Shown: piece by piece, positions 1-9,870 of the stretch
Numbering within the stretch: the first letter of the stretch is position 1
How the letters are laid out: every line of letters starts with the position of its first letter
Origin: Patescibacteria group bacterium
GTDB lineage: Bacteria > Patescibacteriota > Patescibacteriia > JBDRGY01
Length of the DNA: 64,000 bases
Assembly (NCBI GenBank): GCA_043817315.1
Contig: JBDRGY010000004.1
Location: 64,797 to 128,796 of the forward strand
Reading direction: 5' to 3'
The notes under the pieces: model-generated
Seen by the model: only the letters and a program-made list of their open reading frames with translations
Told to the model about the DNA's origin: nothing
Database searches by the model: none
Made by a program: the position numbers and the translations under genes

Positions 1-58
1 ATTATTAAGATACAGGACTAAATAAGAAGAGGTTCTTTGACAAAGAAGGAGGAGAACC

Positions 59-1324
59 ATGGATAGGCTTATCATTCAGGGGCAGTGCAGACTAGAAGGA
101 GAAGTAGAGGTTCTCGGAGTAAAGAATGGGATTCTTCCTATGATGGCGGCCGCCATACTTGGGTCAAAAGGCCAGACTGTTTTGCACAATGTTCCTGACT
201 TGCGAGACATCCACGTTATGTCGCGCGTGTTGGAGGGGATTGGAGCAAGTGTAGAGCATGACTTGCCCACCAGCACCTTGATGATTGATTGTCAACAGAT
301 CTGCAGTAGTCAGGCTCCATACCATTGGGTAAAGCAGATGAGAGCATCCTTTTTGGTCATGGGACCGTTGGTTGCTCGAACAGGATCGGCTAGCGTTTCC
401 TTGCCAGGTGGCTGCTCCATCGGAGCTCGTAAGGTCGATATGCACCTTGAGGCACTCAGGAAGTTTGGTGCGACAGTTGAACAGCGCAGCGGCATGGTTG
501 TTGCTGAGGCAAAAAAGCTTTCCGGCACAGTTTACTGTTTTGATTTTCCTACGCATACTGGTACCGAAAACATCATGATGGCAGCTTGTCTTGCTGACGG
601 CGACACCACTCTGATAAATGCAGCCTGTGAGCCCGAGGTTAGAGATTTGGGTTGTTTGTTGAACGCGATGGGGGCCAAGGTTAGTGGAGCAGGGACTCCA
701 ATTATCAGGATAGAAGGAGTAGATCAACTCCATGGGGTGGAATACTCGGCGCTACCGTCAAGAATCGAGACAGGTTTCTTCATGATCGCAGCGGCAATTA
801 CTGGTGGGGAGATTGTAATCGGCAATGCGATTACAGATAATCTCGGCATGGTAGTAGATAAGTTGAGACAGATCGGAGTCGAGATTAGAGAATTGGGGGG
901 TAACAGAGCATTGGTGAAGAGGACAGGACGTCTGACCCCAGCCAATATCGTTACCTGGCCATTTCCGGGCTTTCCCACCGATCTTCAGCCCCAAACGATG
1001 GCACTCCTAACGCTAGCCGAAGGTGTAAGTGTCGTGAAGGAAACGGTCTTTGAGAAACGGTTCATGCATGTGGATGAACTGAATCGTCTCGGGGCCAGAA
1101 TAACGACTCGTTTTGATGAAGCTGTGATTGAGGGAGTAAACAACCTGACTGGTGCCCCAGTGATGGCCAGCGATCTTCAAGCTGGCGCTTGTCTAGTATT
1201 GGCGGGTATGGCTGCAGGGGGAGAGACCAGCATTGACCGTGTTTACCACATCGATCGTGGGTATGCGAAGATTGAAGAGCGACTTACTAACATCGGAGCG
1301 GCGATAGAGAGAGTCAGCGTTTAA
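59..1324 (+). CDS. murA: UDP-N-acetylglucosamine 1-carboxyvinyltransferase
   Basis: 421 aa. The N-terminus MDRLIIQGQ..L.GEV.V.G.KN and the overall two-domain length are typical of MurA/EPSP-synthase fold enzymes. A GGAGGA ribosome-binding site lies 8 nt upstream of the ATG. Confidence 0.9.
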   Translation: MDRLIIQGQCRLEGEVEVLGVKNGILPMMAAAILGSKGQTVLHNVPDLRDIHVMSRVLEGIGASVEHDLPTSTLMIDCQQICSSQAPYHWVKQMRASFLVMGPLVARTGSASVSLPGGCSIGARKVDMHLEALRKFGATVEQRSGMVVAEAKKLSGTVYCFDFPTHTGTENIMMAACLADGDTTLINAACEPEVRDLGCLLNAMGAKVSGAGTPIIRIEGVDQLHGVEYSALPSRIETGFFMIAAAITGGEIVIGNAITDNLGMVVDKLRQIGVEIRELGGNRALVKRTGRLTPANIVTWPFPGFPTDLQPQTMALLTLAEGVSVVKETVFEKRFMHVDELNRLGARITTRFDEAVIEGVNNLTGAPVMASDLQAGACLVLAGMAAGGETSIDRVYHIDRGYAKIEERLTNIGAAIERVSV

Positions 1325-1353
1325 TTGTTGGTAGGATTGAAAGGGGGTAGAAG

Positions 1354-3006
1354 GTGTCTGAAGTCGATGTTTTGTTAGTCCTGCCCCCGATGTATCAATC
1401 GGGGAGGATCCCTGACTACAATCCCAAAGAGCCGATGGGATTGATGTATCTGGCTGGAGAATTGCGCCAGAATGGCTACAGTGTCGAGATACTCGATGCG
1501 GATCTACTTGCCTTAACAGTGGGCGAGACGCTTAGGCGGATTCTGGAGAAAAGGGCCAGAGTAATCGGTTTTTCAGTGATGCAGAGAGCTTTGCCTTCAG
1601 TAAAGATGTTGGTCGAAGGTTTAGATGATGTAAAACCTCGATCCCACATCAGCTGTGGTGGTTTTACTGCTACGCTAAGTGCCAGGTATATTCTGCAGAG
1701 CATTCCCCAAGTTGACTCAATAGTGTTAGGAGAGGGTGAGCTAACCTTTACTAACCTGGTTAGCCAGTTACTTGAGGGAAAAACCTGGCAGGAGACAACA
1801 GGAATTGCATATCGACATGACGGGGTTGTAATAGTGAACCCTCCTGGCCACAAGCCGGATCTCGATTCTCTAACACGCCCTACCCGTGAACTGCTACCTG
1901 TTTGTTTAGAGAAGACCAACTATGCAACAGTGTTGGCCAGTAGGGGCTGTTACGGAGTTTGCACTTTCTGTTGCAACTGCAGCTTCGAACGATGCTCGTT
2001 AGGTCCGAATTGGAGAGGAAGAAAACCAGGGGATGTAGTCGATGAACTTGAGGCAATACATCGAGATCATGGTGTGAGAGTTTTCAAGTTCAATGACCCC
2101 AATCTTTTCGGGCCTGGAAGTGAAGGGAGACAACATGTAGTCGAGATATGCCAAGATATCATTAGGCGGGGCCTTGGAGGTCTTCACTTGATGGCTTTTT
2201 GCCGCTCTAATGATATCGACGAAGAAATCGTCCGGCTGATGAAAAAAGCGGGATTTGAAAGGCTTCTCATCGGAATCGAAACGATTTCTGCGGACGCTTT
2301 GAGACTGTTCCGCAAGGGCGAGACACCGGAGACTGTTCGCCGAACAATTCAGATTCTACGTGAATCCGACATCGATCTAGTCCCTGGATTCATGATTTTT
2401 AATCCCTATACCACCATCGAAACGCTCAAGCAAGACCTGGCTTTTTTGCATGAGTATGGACACACTCCTACTTTAGCAAAGGCCTTAAGAGTGTTTGATG
2501 GAATTCCTCTACAGGGCATGTTGGAGTCAGAAGGCCGACTCGTATGGAGGAACCCAATTGAGGGATACCATGAGTACTTGGTAAGTCCTGATGTGGCAGC
2601 CATTTATATGGCACTTAAAACCGTTGCCGTGGAGTGGCTCGACACATTCAAGAAGGCTTACCAGGGAGAGCTTTGGGGGATTAAAAAAGCCCCGTCGTTT
2701 AAGGAGCGGCAGGGGTTTGACATCCTGAATCGATTAACCTTCAACTTGGAATCTAGGCTGCTTACGGCCTTTATCACTTGGATGGAGAGTGGCTTTACTC
2801 TCCAGGATATCGTTGGACTAATGACAGATACCCGACGCCGCTTACGATACCTTGAGGATTTTACCTTGATGGCCTCGGACGAAAATCAGCCCGTTCTTTC
2901 CAGTCAGATTCTGTCCTCAAGAGAACTGGCTGGTAAAATTCACACTATCCTAACCCACAAGGTATATCGTACATTTCCTGAACAATACAGATGGAAAGAT
3001 GATTAG
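1354..3006 (+). CDS. B12-binding-domain radical SAM protein
   Basis: 550 aa. The N-terminus resembles a cobalamin-binding domain (VLLVLPP...PMGLMYLAG...ILDADL). It is followed by a CxxxCxxC radical-SAM cluster motif (RGCYGVCTFC). The substrate is unknown. Confidence 0.7.
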   Translation: MSEVDVLLVLPPMYQSGRIPDYNPKEPMGLMYLAGELRQNGYSVEILDADLLALTVGETLRRILEKRARVIGFSVMQRALPSVKMLVEGLDDVKPRSHISCGGFTATLSARYILQSIPQVDSIVLGEGELTFTNLVSQLLEGKTWQETTGIAYRHDGVVIVNPPGHKPDLDSLTRPTRELLPVCLEKTNYATVLASRGCYGVCTFCCNCSFERCSLGPNWRGRKPGDVVDELEAIHRDHGVRVFKFNDPNLFGPGSEGRQHVVEICQDIIRRGLGGLHLMAFCRSNDIDEEIVRLMKKAGFERLLIGIETISADALRLFRKGETPETVRRTIQILRESDIDLVPGFMIFNPYTTIETLKQDLAFLHEYGHTPTLAKALRVFDGIPLQGMLESEGRLVWRNPIEGYHEYLVSPDVAAIYMALKTVAVEWLDTFKKAYQGELWGIKKAPSFKERQGFDILNRLTFNLESRLLTAFITWMESGFTLQDIVGLMTDTRRRLRYLEDFTLMASDENQPVLSSQILSSRELAGKIHTILTHKVYRTFPEQYRWKDD

Positions 3007-3045
3007 GGCTGTTCAAGTTAATCGCTTGAATAGCCCATTTTTTTT
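3006..3045 (+). terminator. Rho-independent terminator after the radical SAM gene
   Basis: The stem gggctgttcaag/cttgaatagccc is followed by a T8 run. A TATAAT box at 3048-3053 sits just upstream of the next ATG, which suggests a short or leaderless mRNA. Confidence 0.5.
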
Positions 3046-3059
3046 GCTATAATGTATAT

Positions 3060-3614
3060 ATGGAAGACAATATTAAAAAGATCACACAGTACATCTTCTT
3101 AGAATCTAAACCCTGCAAGGCAGACTTGGTATTTATTTTTGGTACTCGCCATAAAGAGGCCCTGAATAAATTTCTGGAACTATATAGTCAAGGTTTGGTC
3201 CAGAAGGTGATTGTTAGTGGAGGCATCAATAAGGTGACTGGTCAGAATGAGGCGGAGGCTATGGCCAGTTTTTTGATTGACAAGGGGGTCCCCAAAGAAG
3301 ATATCATGGTTGAAAATCAATCGAGTAATTCGCTGGAAAACGTTTTACTCTCTAGAAAAATAATTGAAAAAAAGACTAGCTATAGTAACCTTAAAAAAAT
3401 ATTAGTGATTGTTAAGCATTATCATTCCCGAAGAGCCTTGATGACTTTAAAAAAGCATTTTCCTAAAACTGTTAAGTTTATACCAGTTACCTACGAGGTA
3501 TACGGATTTAGCAGAGAAAACTGGTCGACCACAAAATTGGGCAAAGAGAAGGTGATGAGCGAATATCAGAAAGTAAAAGAATACCTCAAGCAAGGCGATT
3601 TGGAAGAATTATAA
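3060..3614 (+). CDS. DUF218 / YdcF(ElyC/SanA)-like protein
   Basis: 184 aa. The pattern VFIFGT.......SGG....G..EAEAMA.FL...GVP...I..E..S.NSLEN matches the DUF218 family. Confidence 0.55.
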   Translation: MEDNIKKITQYIFLESKPCKADLVFIFGTRHKEALNKFLELYSQGLVQKVIVSGGINKVTGQNEAEAMASFLIDKGVPKEDIMVENQSSNSLENVLLSRKIIEKKTSYSNLKKILVIVKHYHSRRALMTLKKHFPKTVKFIPVTYEVYGFSRENWSTTKLGKEKVMSEYQKVKEYLKQGDLEEL

Positions 3615-3641
3615 CTTCAATAACAATTAAGCGACAAAACT

Positions 3642-6600
3642 ATGAACAAAAAAATCTGGCTCAAAATTGTGCTGCCCATTGTGGTTGTGGTTATCGTAGC
3701 AGGAGGGGCAGTTTATTATTTTTATTATTACGAGAAACCGGTTGATGAGGAAGAGGAAAAACCGCCTATTGTGGTTGATGTGGTACACGCCGAAGAAAAT
3801 TTCGATTTGGTTCCTGTTGACAAGGACAGCCTGGGCATAGCCAAAGACACTTCTTTTACTCTTACCAGTGAGGCAGAAATTGATAAGTCAAAAGTTAAAG
3901 AAAGTTTAGCCGTGGAGCCAAAAGTAGAGTTTGCTGTCAAAGAGGTTAGCAGCAAAGAATTTGAGATTACTCCAGAAACAGATTTAACTGACAATGAAGT
4001 TTATCAATTTTCCATTACAACGGAGGCAGTAAATGGTGAGGAGGCCCCAACTCTTAGAGAGTACAACTGGGCTTATCAGACCAAAAACCCTATCAAAGTT
4101 TTAAGCACGTTGCCAAGAGACGAAGGCACCTATGTGCCTACCAATTCCGGTGTTGAAGTTACTTTCTCCAACGGAAATTTTAGTAATTTTGAGGATTATT
4201 TTGAAATAAGTCCCAAGACAAATGGCACTTTTGAGAAGCACAAAAGGACGGCTGTTTTTGCTCCCGAGGCCTTACAGCCAGAAACTCTATACACGGTAAC
4301 TGTGAAAGCTGATCTGCCTTTTTCGGGAACCAGCGACCGGTTGGCTGAAGATTACGTCTTCCAATTCGAAACCGAAGACAACGAACAAACTCCACAACAA
4401 GTTACCTATTTATATTTCAATGCCTATTTACATGATTTTAGCGCTTCTGATATTCCGTCCCTGGAAGTCTATTCCTATCCCGATGGCGTAGAGAGAGATT
4501 ATATTGTCTACCAATATGATACTTTTGATGATTTTGCTGATTCGGTAGATCAGTATGCCGAGCTACCCACCTGGGTCAACTACTCCAGACAAGGCTTCAA
4601 CGTTGCTACTGATGGTTTGACCGAGGCGTTGCGTTTTACCGCTGCCCCCCAAGAGGGCGAATACCGAAAATTTGTTGTCTTGCCAGAATCGCTGCGTAAC
4701 GGTTATTACCTGATTGAGACGGAAGTTAACAATAAGAAGGTACAGGCCTGGATTCAGATTAGTGATCAGGCTTCCTATTTGTCGGTCAGCAAAACCCAAA
4801 CTCTGGTTTGGGTTAACGATTTGGTAAATCAAGAACCTTTTGTTGATGTTACCTTGAACCTCTCCGGGGAAACCGAGACTTTCACTACTAATAGTTACGG
4901 CGTGGCTGCCTTTGATACGCCGGATCAACTTGTCGACCAGACCATGGATGCTTCTTATTATTACGTGGCTACTTCGCCGGACGGCTATAAGACAATCCTT
5001 CCGGCCTTTTCTACCACTAGACGCTATTATTCCGGCATCTGGAGTTGGGGAACTGATTCCGATCATTGGGCCTACCTATATGAAGACAAGCCGCTTTATT
5101 TACCGACCGATACCATCAAATTCTGGGGTTTAGCCAAAGCCAGAACCGGAATAGAACAAACGGAAACAGTCACTGTCAGTTTAGCCGGCTACAGTTACCG
5201 AGATTATAACTATAATGCGGTTAGTCTGGCCGAAACAGAAGTAGAGGTTAACGAATATGGCACCTACCTGGGAGAACTGGCCATCAATGACGTTACCCCA
5301 GGTTACTATACTCTCAGAGCTGAAATCGGGGATCGAACGATTTCTTCTACTAGTATATATGTAAAGACCTACACTAAACCGGCTTACTCCATTGATCTGA
5401 CCACTGATAAACAGGTTTATCTGGATGGAGAGACTGGGACTGCCACTATAGCTTCAGAGTTTTTTGAGGGAACTCCAGTTCCCAGCGTGGATATCTCCCA
5501 TAATGTCGGTGGTGAGGGAGAAATTACTACCAACGAATTAGGACAGGCCGCAGTTGATTTTACCGCCCAATACGATTCCAGTTATTGGGCAAGATATGAC
5601 AGCCAATGGCTAAATGCTTCCAGTAAAATGGCAGAAGAAGGAGACATTAGCTCCAGTCTCTATTATGCCGTTTATCCCTCTAATGTTTACATGGATGTGG
5701 AGACATCCCATGCTGATGAACAGGGGAATGTCAACGTGCAGCTTAATTATCTAGACCTGGAAGCGATGAACGATCCTGATTATTCTATCTGGTCCACTCC
5801 AGTTTTAGGGGCAGTGGTTCCCGATATCAATGTCAGCGGTACAATCGTAGAGAAATACTGGGAAAAAGTGGAAACCGGTTCCTATTATGATTTTATTAAT
5901 AAAGTAACCAGGAAAACTTATCGCTACGAAGAACGACAGAATGATGTCGGCAGTTTCTACGGCACCACTGATGCTGGTGGCAGTTATGATTACAATTTTG
6001 ATGTGGCTGATAAGAAATATTACGAGATTACAGTTAATTATACTGATGCTGCAGGCCGAGAGGTAGAAAGAAGAGCTTGGTTAAGCACCGGTTGGTACTT
6101 TAGTTCTTATAGCTCAGAATCACAGATTAACATAAGGATTGTTGGTGATCAGGTCAATTATCAGTTGGGTGATCAAGTTGACGTGGTTCTTTCCCAGGGT
6201 GACCAAACCTTGCCCAGTGGTACTGAACCCAATAACTATCTGTTTTATAAATCCAGCCTGGGTATTAAGGATTATTGGGTGCATGACAGTCCGGAATATT
6301 CCTTTACCTACGACGAGCAGTTGATGCCTAATGCTTATGTTTTCGGGGTAATGTTTGACGGAGCTCATTATGTCACGGCCCAAGAAAAATACGCTTCCAT
6401 AGAATATGATTCATCAGAGAAAAATCTCAATTTTGAGGTTACTACCGATAAAGAAAGATATCTTCCTGGTGACGAGGTGGATATAACAGTGACAGTAACC
6501 GATCAAAATGATGATCCAGTCCGGGCCAAGCTAAATATTAATCTGGTTGATGAAGCCCTGTTCAAATTACGAGAACAGTCGGTAGATACTCTGACTGGAG

Positions 6601-8957
6601 TTTATCAATCGGTCAAAACCGGAATTCTTAGTTCTTACGTTTCTCACGAAAAGCAGGCCCTAGACGCAGTGGGAGCGGAAGGGGGAGGTTGCTTTGTCAA
6701 AGGAACTCCAGTTTTGATGGAGGGCGGTCAATACAAAAACATCGAAGATATTAAGGTAGGAGATACGGTGCTGACCAAAGTAGCAACCTGGAGTGATCGT
6801 TTGGTCCCGTCTCGGGTGAGTAATACCTTTGAACATCTGGTTAACGAGTATCTTTTGATCAATGACCAACTGGAAATTACTCCCAATCATGTTATTTGGG
6901 TCAACGGTCAGTGGCTGCCAGCCTCGATGATTAGCATTGGCGACAGACTACTGAATAAAGACAGCCAAGAATTTGTGGTTAAATCGATAGAAAAAAAGAC
7001 AGGTAGTATTTATGTCTACAACCTTCACACCGAGAAGTATCATACCTTTATCGCTTCCGATATCTATGTGCACAACGATAAAGGGGGCAACATACGAGAA
7101 AATTTTCAGGATACAGCCCTGTTTCAAGAACTGGAGACTGACCGCAACGGAGAAGCCACCGTAGAATTCGATTTGCCGGATAATATCACTTCCTGGCGGG
7201 TAACCACTCAAGCTATTACCCAGGATCTGGAAGCTGGTCATACCAATAAATTAATTCCGGTCTCCTTGCCCTTTTTCGTGGAAACAACCCTGACAGATCA
7301 GTATCTGACCGGGGATCAGCCGATATTGAAGATCAGGTCATTCGGCACAGCTTTATCGTCATCAGATAGTGTCAGTTATCAGGTGGAATGTGATACTTTG
7401 GGTATAGATGAGACGGTATTAGGACAAGCCTTCACTTCATCTTTCTACTCGTTGCCCAGCCTGACAGCGGGCACGCATGAGATCATTGTTTCCGGTGAAT
7501 CGGGCGATAATGAAGATGCTATTAAAAAGACAATAACGGTTGTTGATTCCCATTGGCAGAAACAGGAAGATAGTTATTATTTGCTGGATGAGGGTTTGGA
7601 GATTACTGGTGCGGAGACGGGTCGGACTACACTAGTCTTTACTGACCAAAACCGTGGTTATTTCTACCGGGATCTGCTTAGAATGTCTTGGTACTGGGGT
7701 CATCGGGTAGACCAGAGATATGCCCAAAAAATGGGAATGGAATTATTGAACCAGTATTTTGAGGAGAACTACGAAATACCGGGTTTTGATGGTAATCAGT
7801 ACCAAACTCCAGACGGAGCCATTGGTATCCTGCCTTATGCTGACCATGACTTAGCCTTATCCGGTCATATGGCCCATCTGGCAGCGGCTGAATTTGACCA
7901 AGTAGCTTTGGCTAATTTCTTCTATGCTTATCTGGACGATGCCAACGCTACTTTAGAAGAAGTCAGCCTGGCCCTGTTCGGCCTGGCCAATCTGGATGAA
8001 CCGGTACTCAACCTGATTATTGACCTGCTTACCAATAATGATTTGGCAGACTCACAAAGAATCTATCTGGCTATCGGGTTGGAAAGATTGGGGGCAGGGG
8101 AGCTGGCCCGGGAGATTTATTATGAAATTTTCGATGAATATGGCGAGGAAATGGAACCGTATATTCGCATCATGTTGGGCGAAGACGAAGATGATTACCT
8201 GCAGTATTCTATTCTGATGGCCATCTTAGCCAATCGTCTCAATGCCAGCGAAGAAGAAATGCTGTTTGGCTACGTGCGTGATCACCATCCCACTGATATT
8301 CTGATCAACGTAGAAAAATTGACCTACCTCCAAGAAGCCATTCCCGAGCTATCCGCCGATCCGGTTAGCTTTGATTATCAATATGGTAGCACCAGCGACA
8401 CAGTTACCCTGGAAAAGGGACAGAAATTTTCCTTGCAGCTGACAGCTGATCAATTGTCCGACCTCGAATTTTCCAATATCTCTGGATCAGTAGGATTGGT
8501 TAGTCATTATGCGGTGGCTGTTTCGCCCTCTTCCATAACTCCTGATACCAACCTGACAGTGACTCGAAGCTACTCGTTGGTCGGTGGCGATACCATGAGT
8601 ACCTTTGCTGACGGCGATATCGTCAAGGTAACTATCAAGCCAACAATTGGTGCTAATGCCATTGATGATTACTATCAAGTGACCGATTATCTGCCGGCTG
8701 GCCTGTCGATCTTGACCAGGCCTTATTCCCGCTTAGGTCAGGGCGCCTACGATGCCAGTTATGCCTACAAGATAAACGGGCAAGTGATTAGTTTCAGAAC
8801 TTATAGAGATTCTACTCAAGATGATATTTATTACTATGCCCGTATCCGCACTCTGGGGACCTATAAAGCTGATTCGGTATTGATGCAATCTTATAACGCC
8901 AAAGACAGCCTCAATATCACGGACACGGACACAATCACCCTGCAACAACCTCTCTAA
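3642..8957 (+). CDS. Membrane-anchored alpha-2-macroglobulin-like giant protein with an inserted Hint domain
   Basis: 1771 aa. There is one N-terminal TM helix (IWLKIVLPIVVVVIVAGGAV). The A2M-family signature reads FQDTALFQELETDRNGEATVEFDLPDNITSWRV (compare the canonical F.ET.FW...TD.NG...V.F.LPDSITTWR). The rest is long and Ig/MG-like and beta-rich. I could not find a CGEQ thioester motif. Confidence 0.8.
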   Translation: MNKKIWLKIVLPIVVVVIVAGGAVYYFYYYEKPVDEEEEKPPIVVDVVHAEENFDLVPVDKDSLGIAKDTSFTLTSEAEIDKSKVKESLAVEPKVEFAVKEVSSKEFEITPETDLTDNEVYQFSITTEAVNGEEAPTLREYNWAYQTKNPIKVLSTLPRDEGTYVPTNSGVEVTFSNGNFSNFEDYFEISPKTNGTFEKHKRTAVFAPEALQPETLYTVTVKADLPFSGTSDRLAEDYVFQFETEDNEQTPQQVTYLYFNAYLHDFSASDIPSLEVYSYPDGVERDYIVYQYDTFDDFADSVDQYAELPTWVNYSRQGFNVATDGLTEALRFTAAPQEGEYRKFVVLPESLRNGYYLIETEVNNKKVQAWIQISDQASYLSVSKTQTLVWVNDLVNQEPFVDVTLNLSGETETFTTNSYGVAAFDTPDQLVDQTMDASYYYVATSPDGYKTILPAFSTTRRYYSGIWSWGTDSDHWAYLYEDKPLYLPTDTIKFWGLAKARTGIEQTETVTVSLAGYSYRDYNYNAVSLAETEVEVNEYGTYLGELAINDVTPGYYTLRAEIGDRTISSTSIYVKTYTKPAYSIDLTTDKQVYLDGETGTATIASEFFEGTPVPSVDISHNVGGEGEITTNELGQAAVDFTAQYDSSYWARYDSQWLNASSKMAEEGDISSSLYYAVYPSNVYMDVETSHADEQGNVNVQLNYLDLEAMNDPDYSIWSTPVLGAVVPDINVSGTIVEKYWEKVETGSYYDFINKVTRKTYRYEERQNDVGSFYGTTDAGGSYDYNFDVADKKYYEITVNYTDAAGREVERRAWLSTGWYFSSYSSESQINIRIVGDQVNYQLGDQVDVVLSQGDQTLPSGTEPNNYLFYKSSLGIKDYWVHDSPEYSFTYDEQLMPNAYVFGVMFDGAHYVTAQEKYASIEYDSSEKNLNFEVTTDKERYLPGDEVDITVTVTDQNDDPVRAKLNINLVDEALFKLREQSVDTLTGVYQSVKTGILSSYVSHEKQALDAVGAEGGGCFVKGTPVLMEGGQYKNIEDIKVGDTVLTKVATWSDRLVPSRVSNTFEHLVNEYLLINDQLEITPNHVIWVNGQWLPASMISIGDRLLNKDSQEFVVKSIEKKTGSIYVYNLHTEKYHTFIASDIYVHNDKGGNIRENFQDTALFQELETDRNGEATVEFDLPDNITSWRVTTQAITQDLEAGHTNKLIPVSLPFFVETTLTDQYLTGDQPILKIRSFGTALSSSDSVSYQVECDTLGIDETVLGQAFTSSFYSLPSLTAGTHEIIVSGESGDNEDAIKKTITVVDSHWQKQEDSYYLLDEGLEITGAETGRTTLVFTDQNRGYFYRDLLRMSWYWGHRVDQRYAQKMGMELLNQYFEENYEIPGFDGNQYQTPDGAIGILPYADHDLALSGHMAHLAAAEFDQVALANFFYAYLDDANATLEEVSLALFGLANLDEPVLNLIIDLLTNNDLADSQRIYLAIGLERLGAGELAREIYYEIFDEYGEEMEPYIRIMLGEDEDDYLQYSILMAILANRLNASEEEMLFGYVRDHHPTDILINVEKLTYLQEAIPELSADPVSFDYQYGSTSDTVTLEKGQKFSLQLTADQLSDLEFSNISGSVGLVSHYAVAVSPSSITPDTNLTVTRSYSLVGGDTMSTFADGDIVKVTIKPTIGANAIDDYYQVTDYLPAGLSILTRPYSRLGQGAYDASYAYKINGQVISFRTYRDSTQDDIYYYARIRTLGTYKADSVLMQSYNAKDSLNITDTDTITLQQPL
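6690..7076 (+). other. Hint (intein / bacterial-intein-like) domain embedded in the A2M-like protein
   Basis: 129 aa, in frame. It begins with Cys1 (CFVKGTPVLM), has a block-B TxxH (ITPNHVIW), and ends with block G (YNLHTEKYHTFIASDIYVHN). The +1 residue after the terminal Asn is Asp, which is not a C/S/T nucleophile. Confidence 0.75.
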
Positions 8958-8959
8958 TA

Positions 8960-9829
8960 ATGCCTAAAAGTAACATAATAATCGCTTGCAGTATTTTAGT
9001 TGTTCTGTTTGGAATTGTTTATATTTGGCAGTGGGCAGTAACAAACGAGACCGTAGTTATCAATAATAACCAGATTAACCCCAGCATTTATTCGGCAGTT
9101 GATTTTGCAGCCAGTACAGAGAAATTAACCTTACCGACTCAGTGCTTTCAAGAGTTTCAAGGAGGGATTGTCACTCATCACGATATAGCCAGTTCTCTGG
9201 TCGGAGAGTTTTTTCAATGTATTTCCAAGAGCAATGCTCCCCGGACGATTATCCTGATCGGCCCCAATCATAGCCAGCAAGGGCCCCCGGTTTTGTCAGC
9301 CAGTCGCGATTGGCATACGCCATTTGGGGACTTGGAGCTGGACCGAGACAAAATGGAAGAGCTTCAAGGTTTATATCAAGTGGACGATGAAGCCCTGATT
9401 GCAGATCACAGCATCAGCTTTATGATTCCCTATATAAAGTACTATTTCCCGGAAGCTAAGGTAATTCCGTTGTTGGTCAAATACAGCTACATCAGGTCGG
9501 AAGCCGATAAGGGGATAGCCTTATTGAAGAAAGTAATTGACGAACAGACATTCATTCTGGGCTCCTTGGATTTTTCGCACTACCTGACCAAGAATCAAGC
9601 TGACAAGAATGATAAAATCAGTAAAGAAATTGTAACCAACTTCGATCTGGATGATGTTTATAATCACGCTGATGGCTTCTACGACTGCGCTCCCGGTCTT
9701 TTTATAATTCTTTCTCTGATGCAGGACCTGGAACATAAAAATATAATTGAATTAAACCACGCCAACTCTTTCGATTTTACCGGGAACCCCTACAACACTA
9801 CCAGTTATTTTAGCTGGTTATTTAGCTAG
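8960..9829 (+). CDS. Memo-family (AmmeMemoRadiSam system protein B-like) protein with an N-terminal TM anchor
   Basis: 289 aa. Conserved Memo blocks are present: ILIGPNHS, TPFGDLELD, DHSISFMIPYI, LGSLDFSHY. The start overlaps the A2M stop (TAATAATG). Confidence 0.65.
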   Translation: MPKSNIIIACSILVVLFGIVYIWQWAVTNETVVINNNQINPSIYSAVDFAASTEKLTLPTQCFQEFQGGIVTHHDIASSLVGEFFQCISKSNAPRTIILIGPNHSQQGPPVLSASRDWHTPFGDLELDRDKMEELQGLYQVDDEALIADHSISFMIPYIKYYFPEAKVIPLLVKYSYIRSEADKGIALLKKVIDEQTFILGSLDFSHYLTKNQADKNDKISKEIVTNFDLDDVYNHADGFYDCAPGLFIILSLMQDLEHKNIIELNHANSFDFTGNPYNTTSYFSWLFS

Positions 9830-9834
9830 AACTT

Positions 9835-9870
9835 AAAAAATATTCTGCCCAAACCGGTAGAATATTTTTT
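9835..9870 (+). terminator. Rho-independent terminator
   Basis: The stem aaaaaatattct...agaatatttttt has the loop gcccaaaccggt. Confidence 0.5.

Noticed and set aside
6690-7076. Interpreting the Hint domain as a classical self-splicing intein
   Set aside because: The residue following the terminal Asn is Asp, not Cys, Ser or Thr, so canonical splicing cannot complete. The domain is better described as an intein-like (BIL/Hint) domain that may cleave or form a thioester.
1354-9829. An AmmeMemoRadiSam system (Memo-like gene plus radical SAM in the same neighbourhood)
   Set aside because: The radical SAM here is a B12-binding-domain type, sits 6 kb away with unrelated genes between, and no AMMECR1 homolog is present. 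It is probably coincidental.
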